Below are positions 58,474-64,000 of a DNA stretch of 64,000 nt, in pieces (the stretch's first letter is position 1; the number at the start of each line of letters is the position of its first letter). Source of the stretch: Ramlibacter sp. (GTDB lineage: Bacteria > Pseudomonadota > Gammaproteobacteria > Burkholderiales > Burkholderiaceae_C). The notes under the pieces are model-generated. The model was not told where the DNA came from. It did no database searches and saw nothing but the letters and a program-made list of their open reading frames with translations. The DNA lies in assembly GCA_035571795.1 (NCBI GenBank), contig DATNBX010000113.1, positions 23,055 to 87,054 of the forward strand. The letters run 5' to 3'. The translations under genes and the position numbers were made by a program.

Positions 58474-59907
58474 ATGGCCCGTCGCGCCACCAAGATAGTT
58501 GCCACGCTCGGCCCCGCCTCCAGCGAGCCCGCACTGCTCGAACAGATGATTCGCGCCGGCGTCAATGTGGTGCGGCTGAATTTCAGCCACGGCACGGCGC
58601 AGGACCAGATCGGCCGCGCTGCGCTGGTGCGCTCGGCGTCCCAGCGAGCCGGGCGTGAAGTCGCGATCATGGCCGACCTGCAGGGGCCCAAGATCCGCGT
58701 CGGCAAGTTCGCCGATGGCAAGGTGAATCTCGAGGCGGGCATGAAGTTCGTGCTCGACGCGTCCCGCACCGAGCCGGGTGACCTCAAGGGCGTGGGCCTG
58801 GACTACAAGGAGCTGCCGAGGGACGTGAAGGCGGGCGACCTGCTGCTGCTCAATGACGGACTCGTCATGCTGACCGTTGACGCGGTCCGCGGCGAACAGG
58901 TGCGTACCACCGTCACGCAGGGCGGCGTCTTGTCGAACAACAAGGGCATCAACAAGAAGGGCGGGGGCCTGACGGCACCGGCTTTGACGGCCAAGGACAT
59001 GGAGGACATCCGCACCGCCATGAGTTTCCAGGCCGACTACGTGGCGGTAAGTTTCCCGAAGAACGCGACCGACATGGAAATGGCGCGCCAGCTTTGCAAT
59101 GTCGCCGGCGCGGAGTCGCGCCACAAGCCGGGCCTGGTGGCCAAGATCGAGCGGGCCGAGGCGATTCCCAACCTGGAATCCATCCTCAGGGCCAGCGACG
59201 CCATCATGGTGGCGCGCGGCGACCTGGCGATCGAGGTCGGCAATGCGGCGGTGCCGGCGCTGCAAAAACGCATGATCCGGATGGCCCGCGAGCACGACAA
59301 GGTGGTGATCACGGCCACCCAGATGATGGAGTCGATGATCAACAATCCGGTGCCCACGCGCGCCGAGGTCAGCGACGTGGCCAATGCGGTGCTCGACGGC
59401 ACCGATGCTGTGATGCTCAGCGCCGAGACCGCCGCCGGCCGCTTTCCGCTGGAAACCATCATTGAAATGGCCAACATATGCCTGGAAGCCGAGAAGGCCG
59501 AGGACGTGAAGCTCGACGCCGACTTCACCGGCACGACGTTTGCGCGTATCGACCAGTCGATCGCCATGGGCGCGCTGTTTACGGCGTATCACCTGGGCTG
59601 CAAGGCCATCGTGGCTTTGACCGACTCAGGTTCCACGCCGCTATGGATGAGCCGACATCGCATCCACATCCCGATCTACGCTTTGACGCCGAAGCTCGTC
59701 ACGCAGCGAAAGATGACTTTGTACCGTAACGTGCGCGCGCTGCTGCTGGACCAGAGTGCCGAGCGCGACATGGCCCTGCTGGAGGCCGAGGCGCACCTGA
59801 AGAAGCGCGGCATCGTGGCCACCGGCGACATCTACGCCATTACCTGCGGCGAGCCGATGGGCGCGCCGGGCGGCACCAACATGCTCAAGATCTGCCGGGC
59901 CAGCTGA
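58474..59907 (+). CDS. pyk: Pyruvate kinase
   Basis: TKIVATLGPAS, RLNFSHG, MVARGDL, ATQMMESM and PTRAEVSDVAN motifs. Confidence 0.98.
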   Translation: MARRATKIVATLGPASSEPALLEQMIRAGVNVVRLNFSHGTAQDQIGRAALVRSASQRAGREVAIMADLQGPKIRVGKFADGKVNLEAGMKFVLDASRTEPGDLKGVGLDYKELPRDVKAGDLLLLNDGLVMLTVDAVRGEQVRTTVTQGGVLSNNKGINKKGGGLTAPALTAKDMEDIRTAMSFQADYVAVSFPKNATDMEMARQLCNVAGAESRHKPGLVAKIERAEAIPNLESILRASDAIMVARGDLAIEVGNAAVPALQKRMIRMAREHDKVVITATQMMESMINNPVPTRAEVSDVANAVLDGTDAVMLSAETAAGRFPLETIIEMANICLEAEKAEDVKLDADFTGTTFARIDQSIAMGALFTAYHLGCKAIVALTDSGSTPLWMSRHRIHIPIYALTPKLVTQRKMTLYRNVRALLLDQSAERDMALLEAEAHLKKRGIVATGDIYAITCGEPMGAPGGTNMLKICRAS

Positions 59908-59939
59908 AACCGAAGGCAGTCACCAGCCGTATTGCAGAG

Positions 59940-60833
59940 ATGCACGCGGTCATTCCCAGCCGCTCCCTCATCAGCCGGCGACGCGGCCTGCTGGCCCTGC
60001 TCGCGGCCCCGCTGGCAGGTTGCTCGGGCTCGGCGCTGCTGGACGCTGTCGTTGCGCGGGACAGCTATCGCGGCCGCGCGGGCGTTGCCTATGGAAGCGA
60101 GCCGCGCCAGGTGCTGGACGTGTTCCGTCCGCTGGTCGACCGCCGCGCTGCGCCGCTCGTCGTGTTCTTCTACGGCGGAAGCTGGACGCGTGGCGAGCGG
60201 GCCGACTACCGTTTTGTCGGCGAGGCACTGGCAGCGCACGGCGTCGCAGCCTTGGTGGCGGACTACCGCCTCAGCCCGCAGGTGCGCTACCCGGATTTCC
60301 TCGCCGATTGCGCGCAGGCGGTGAAATGGGCGTTCGATCATTCAGCGGAACTGGGCGCCGACAGGGGCCGGGTCTTCCTGATGGGCCACAGCGCCGGCGC
60401 CTACAACGCGGCCATGCTGGCGCTGGACCCGCGCTGGCTTGCCAAGGTCGGGCTGGCGCCGCAGCGACTGGCCGGCTGGGTCGGCCTCGCGGGGCCCTAC
60501 GATTTCCTGCCGATCCGCAACCCCGACGCACAGGTTGCTTTCAATTGGCCGGCCACCGCGGCCGATACCCAACCGATCATGCATGTGACGGCACAGGCGC
60601 CGAGCACTCTGCTGTTGGCCGCGGCCGAGGACGACAGTGTCAACCCACAGCGCAGCACCGTCGGGCTGGCACGCCGGCTGGCAGCGGTGGGCGCGCCGGT
60701 GCGCTACAAGCTGTTCGAGCGCCTCGGCCACGCGAGCCTGGTTGCCGCCATGGCCCGGCCGCTCAACTGGCTGGCCCCGGTGCTGCCCGAAGTGCTTGCG
60801 TTCGTGGACCCGGCCACAACATCGGGCGGATGA
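59940..60833 (+). CDS. Alpha/beta hydrolase (esterase/lipase), probable Tat-exported lipoprotein
   Basis: SRRRGLL...LAGC leader; FYGGSW and GHSAG nucleophile elbow; D and H further downstream. Confidence 0.88.
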   Translation: MHAVIPSRSLISRRRGLLALLAAPLAGCSGSALLDAVVARDSYRGRAGVAYGSEPRQVLDVFRPLVDRRAAPLVVFFYGGSWTRGERADYRFVGEALAAHGVAALVADYRLSPQVRYPDFLADCAQAVKWAFDHSAELGADRGRVFLMGHSAGAYNAAMLALDPRWLAKVGLAPQRLAGWVGLAGPYDFLPIRNPDAQVAFNWPATAADTQPIMHVTAQAPSTLLLAAAEDDSVNPQRSTVGLARRLAAVGAPVRYKLFERLGHASLVAAMARPLNWLAPVLPEVLAFVDPATTSGG

Positions 60834-60973
60834 ATGGCAGCGCGGCCTGCCGCTGCTGACCCATGGTTACCAGACCCCGCCGATGCGACGGACGCGCGGG
60901 TAAAATCAAAGCCAGTCACCACACGGTTGGGGCCGGCGCCCACAACCGTTTTTCATTTGATCGGACCCACACC

Positions 60974-62038
60974 ATGTCTCTCGTTTCCATGCGCGAACTG
61001 CTGGACCATGCCGCCGAAAACGGCTACGGCATTCCGGCCTTCAACGTCAACAATCTCGAGCAGGTCCAGGCCGTGATGGAGGCGGCCAAGGAGACCGGCG
61101 CGCCGGTGATCGTGCAGGCCAGCGCGGGAGCGCGCAAATACGCCGGCGAATCCTTCATCAAGCACCTGATCCTCGCCGCGATCGAAGCGTATCCGACGAT
61201 CCCGCTGGTCATGCACCAGGACCACGGCCAGAGCCCCGAGATCTGCCAGAGCGCGATCAACCTGGGCTTTTCGTCCGTGATGATGGACGGATCGCTGCAG
61301 GCCGACGGCAAGACCATCGCCAGCTACGAGTACAACGTGGACGTGACGCGAAAGGTCGTCGACATGGCGCACAAGGTCGGAGCCACGGTGGAAGGCGAAC
61401 TGGGCTGCCTCGGGTCGCTGGAAACGATGCGAGGGGACAAGGAGGACGGCCACGGCACCGAGGCCACCATGACGCGCGACCAGTTGCTCACCGACCCGGA
61501 GCAGGCCGCGGACTTCGTGCGCAAGACGCAGCTGGACGCGCTGGCCATCGCTATCGGAACCAGCCACGGCGCCTACAAATTCACCCGCAAGCCCACCGGC
61601 GACATCCTGGCGATCGATCGCGTCAAGGAAATCCACAAGCGCATTCCCAACACCCACCTGGTGATGCATGGTTCGTCGGCGGTGCCGCAGGAGCTGCTGG
61701 CCATCATCCGTCAGTACGGCGGCAATATGAAGGAAACCTACGGCGTGCCGGTGGAGGAAGTCCAGGAAGCGATCAAGCACGGGGTGCGCAAGATCAACAT
61801 CGACACCGACATCCGCCTCGCGATGACCGGCGCGGTGCGCAAGTTCATGGCCGAGAACCCGGAGAAGTTCGACGCGCGCGACTGGCTCAAGCCCGCGCGC
61901 GAAGCGGCCAAGCAGATCTGCAAGCAGCGCTACCTGCAGTTCGGCTGTGAAGGACAGGCGGGCAAGATCAAGGGCCAGAGCCTGCAAGTCGTTGCCGCGA
62001 GGTATGCGAAGGGCGAACTGGCGCAGGTCGTTCGCTGA
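60974..62038 (+). CDS. fba: Fructose-bisphosphate aldolase class II
   Basis: [28 protein letters not shown] and KINIDTD motifs. Confidence 0.97.
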   Translation: MSLVSMRELLDHAAENGYGIPAFNVNNLEQVQAVMEAAKETGAPVIVQASAGARKYAGESFIKHLILAAIEAYPTIPLVMHQDHGQSPEICQSAINLGFSSVMMDGSLQADGKTIASYEYNVDVTRKVVDMAHKVGATVEGELGCLGSLETMRGDKEDGHGTEATMTRDQLLTDPEQAADFVRKTQLDALAIAIGTSHGAYKFTRKPTGDILAIDRVKEIHKRIPNTHLVMHGSSAVPQELLAIIRQYGGNMKETYGVPVEEVQEAIKHGVRKINIDTDIRLAMTGAVRKFMAENPEKFDARDWLKPAREAAKQICKQRYLQFGCEGQAGKIKGQSLQVVAARYAKGELAQVVR

Positions 62039-62052
62039 GATAGCGATAATCG

Positions 62053-62090
62053 AAGGGCCCGTTGAGCTGCAACGGGCCCTTTTGCTTTTT
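62053..62090 (+). terminator. Intrinsic terminator after fba
   Basis: AAGGGCCCGTTG-AGCTG-CAACGGGCCCTT followed by TTGCTTTTT. Confidence 0.8.
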
Positions 62091-62099
62091 CATCTCGCC

Positions 62100-63005
62100 A
62101 TGACCTCCCTGCACACCTCCACCCTCACTTCCTTGCCGCTGCTCGCGCGCGGCAAGGTGCGCGACAACTACGCCGTCGGAGCCGACCGCATCCTGATGGT
62201 CGCCAGCGACCGGCTGTCGGCGTTCGACGTCATCATGGGCGAGCCGATCCCCGGCAAGGGGGAAATCCTCACCAGGATGGCGCTGTTCTGGTTTGGCAAG
62301 CTGGGCCACCTGTGCCCGAATCACCTGACGGGCGAAGCGCCCGAAAGCGTGGTGACGCCGGCCGAAGTGCCTCAGGTCGCGGGCCGCTCAATGCTGGTTA
62401 AGCGGCTCCAGCCGATACCGGTCGAGGCCGTGGTGCGCGGTTACCTGGCAGGCAGCGGCTGGAAGGAGTACCAGGAATCGCAGGCCATTTGCGGCGTCAA
62501 GCTGCCGCCGGGATTGAAGAACGCCGGCAAGCTGCCGCAGCCAATCTTCACGCCGGCGGGCAAGGCTGCGGCCGGCCACCACGACGAGAACATCGACTTT
62601 GAACGCGTGGTGGAAACCGTCGGGCCGCAACTGGCCGCCCAGATCCGCGACGTGAGTATCGCGATCTACCAGCAGGCCGCCGCCATGGCCCTGGCCAAGG
62701 GGTTGATCATCGCCGACACCAAGTTCGAATTCGGCCTGGACGAGGCGGGCACGCTGGTCCTGATGGACGAGGTGCTCACGCCCGACTCCTCGCGCTACTG
62801 GCCGGTCGAAGGCTATGAGGAGGCCTATCGCCGCGGCGCGAATCCGCCCAGCTACGACAAGCAATTCGTGCGCGACTGGCTCGAGCAGGTGCGCATCGAC
62901 GGCAAGCCGTGGAACAAGACGCCGCCGGCGCCGCGCCTGCCGCAGGACGTGATCGACAAGACCGCGGCGATCTACCGCGAAGCGTTGCAGCGCCTCACGA
63001 CCTGA
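62100..63005 (+). CDS. purC: Phosphoribosylaminoimidazole-succinocarboxamide synthase
   Basis: [34 protein letters not shown] and DKQFVRDWL motifs. Confidence 0.97.
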   Translation: MTSLHTSTLTSLPLLARGKVRDNYAVGADRILMVASDRLSAFDVIMGEPIPGKGEILTRMALFWFGKLGHLCPNHLTGEAPESVVTPAEVPQVAGRSMLVKRLQPIPVEAVVRGYLAGSGWKEYQESQAICGVKLPPGLKNAGKLPQPIFTPAGKAAAGHHDENIDFERVVETVGPQLAAQIRDVSIAIYQQAAAMALAKGLIIADTKFEFGLDEAGTLVLMDEVLTPDSSRYWPVEGYEEAYRRGANPPSYDKQFVRDWLEQVRIDGKPWNKTPPAPRLPQDVIDKTAAIYREALQRLTT

Positions 63006-63051
63006 AGGACGGCCGGATCGCGGCCTGCGGCGGCATGATGCACGCGCTGCG

Positions 63052-63951
63052 TCAACTCAGGACGACGCTGGACAGGCGGCGCCGGTAAGTCGCCACCGTC
63101 GGGTCGTCGGGTGGAATCTGCCCTTCGGCCACCTTCGGCTTGGGCGGCTCGATGACGTCGAGGATGGCGATGTAGCTCTTGCGCGCCAGGTCCTCGTTCC
63201 AGCTCTTGTCGCGCATCAGGATTTCCAGCAGTTCGTCCATCGCTTCGGTCCAGCGCTGGCGCGCCATCAGCAGCCGTGCCTTGTCGAACCGAGCCTCGAA
63301 ATCGCGCTTGTTGGCAGTGAGGCGCCGCTCGAATTCGGTGGCGGCCGCCGGTGCATCCGGCTGCGCCGCCGCGAAATCGATGGCATCCATCAGTTTCTGC
63401 AGCGAATCGAAGCGCCGCACCGACGCTGCCTTGCCGATCACCGGCGCGAACGCCACCTTGGCGTCGTCGGTGCGACCGGCCAGCAACAAGGCCTTCACGT
63501 ACTCGAAGCGGGCGTCGTCGTTGGCCGGGTCGGCGGCCACGCTGTTCTGCAGCCATTCCATCTGGGACGCCGGGTCCGTATCCCCGGGTTGTTCGGCAAC
63601 GGGCTCTTCCGCCGCCGCCGGGCCGGCCGGCGGCAGATGCTTGTCGAGGAACTCCTTGACCTGGCCCTCGGGCAGGGCGCCCATGAAGCCGTCCACTGGC
63701 TGGCCGTTCATCAGCAGGACGCAGGTGGGGATGCTACGGATGCCGAACGCGCCTGCCAGCTGCTGCTCCTGGTCGGAGTCGATCTTGACCAGTTTGAAGC
63801 GGCCGGCATAGTCGGCTTCGAGTTTTTCCAGCAGCGGCCCGGTCACCTTGCAGGGTCCGCACCAGGGGGCCCAGAAGTCGACCAGCACCGGCTGCGTCAT
63901 CGAGGCGGCGATGACCTCGGCTTCAAAGTTTTCCAGGGTAACGTCGATCAT
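63052..63951 (-). CDS. ybbN: Thioredoxin-TPR chaperedoxin (YbbN/CnoX-like)
   Basis: DFWAPWCGPC, GFMGALPE, TPR region and YRRRLSSVV C-terminus. Confidence 0.92.
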   Translation of the reverse strand: MIDVTLENFEAEVIAASMTQPVLVDFWAPWCGPCKVTGPLLEKLEADYAGRFKLVKIDSDQEQQLAGAFGIRSIPTCVLLMNGQPVDGFMGALPEGQVKEFLDKHLPPAGPAAAEEPVAEQPGDTDPASQMEWLQNSVAADPANDDARFEYVKALLLAGRTDDAKVAFAPVIGKAASVRRFDSLQKLMDAIDFAAAQPDAPAAATEFERRLTANKRDFEARFDKARLLMARQRWTEAMDELLEILMRDKSWNEDLARKSYIAILDVIEPPKPKVAEGQIPPDDPTVATYRRRLSSVVLS

Positions 63952-64000
63952 GTCGGTTCGAACTCTAAAATCCAGCCTTTGGGGAGCATTGCATGAGCTC

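Noticed and set aside
57196-59592. 798-aa - strand ORF, and similar ORFs at 24500-26098, 38009-39544, 44695-46545, 46649-48013 and 48278-49642
   Set aside because: All are antisense shadows of well-supported genes (pgk/pyk, purB, kinase, IOR, secD/secF).

Overview
High-GC betaproteobacterial chromosome segment. Gene content and order suggest Burkholderiales, probably Comamonadaceae; this is an inference. Positions 1-18.2 kb hold a surface-polysaccharide region made of two convergent operons, and the middle part is visibly more AT-rich than the backbone. The + operon has an MBOAT C-terminus, an SGNH-like protein, a GT4, an SDR epimerase and a GT2. The - operon has a WbpO/TviB-like dehydrogenase, Wzm/Wzt with a C-terminal domain, two methyltransferases, two DegT aminotransferases, WbqC, a GT2, a GH99-like(WbsX)-GT4-GT2 fusion and a second WbsX-like protein. 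A PglL-type O-oligosaccharyltransferase lies divergently next to it. The rest is mostly conserved housekeeping: moaC, M48 protease, TerC with a yybP-ykoY riboswitch, yaeQ, purB, GST, GPx, ferritin-like protein, rfaE2, glnE, yhdP, nitrilase, PAS kinase/response regulator, mltA, Lrp, IOR, yajC-secD-secF, DUF1631, smg, dprA, LysM, def, fmt, pgk, pyk, fba, purC and ybbN. I found no rRNA, tRNA, CRISPR array, integrase or transposase. Best leads: (1) a candidate glycan end-capping module in the ABC-dependent locus, including an asymmetric aminotransferase pair; (2) an unannotated structured sRNA with an anti-Shine-Dalgarno loop at about 26.94-27.05 kb; (3) an MliC-like lipoprotein and a 40-aa microprotein flanking mltA; (4) a rhomboid lacking its catalytic Ser; (5) a GG[YH]QG low-complexity insert in DUF1631. 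All family assignments come from motif recognition by eye; no searches were run.
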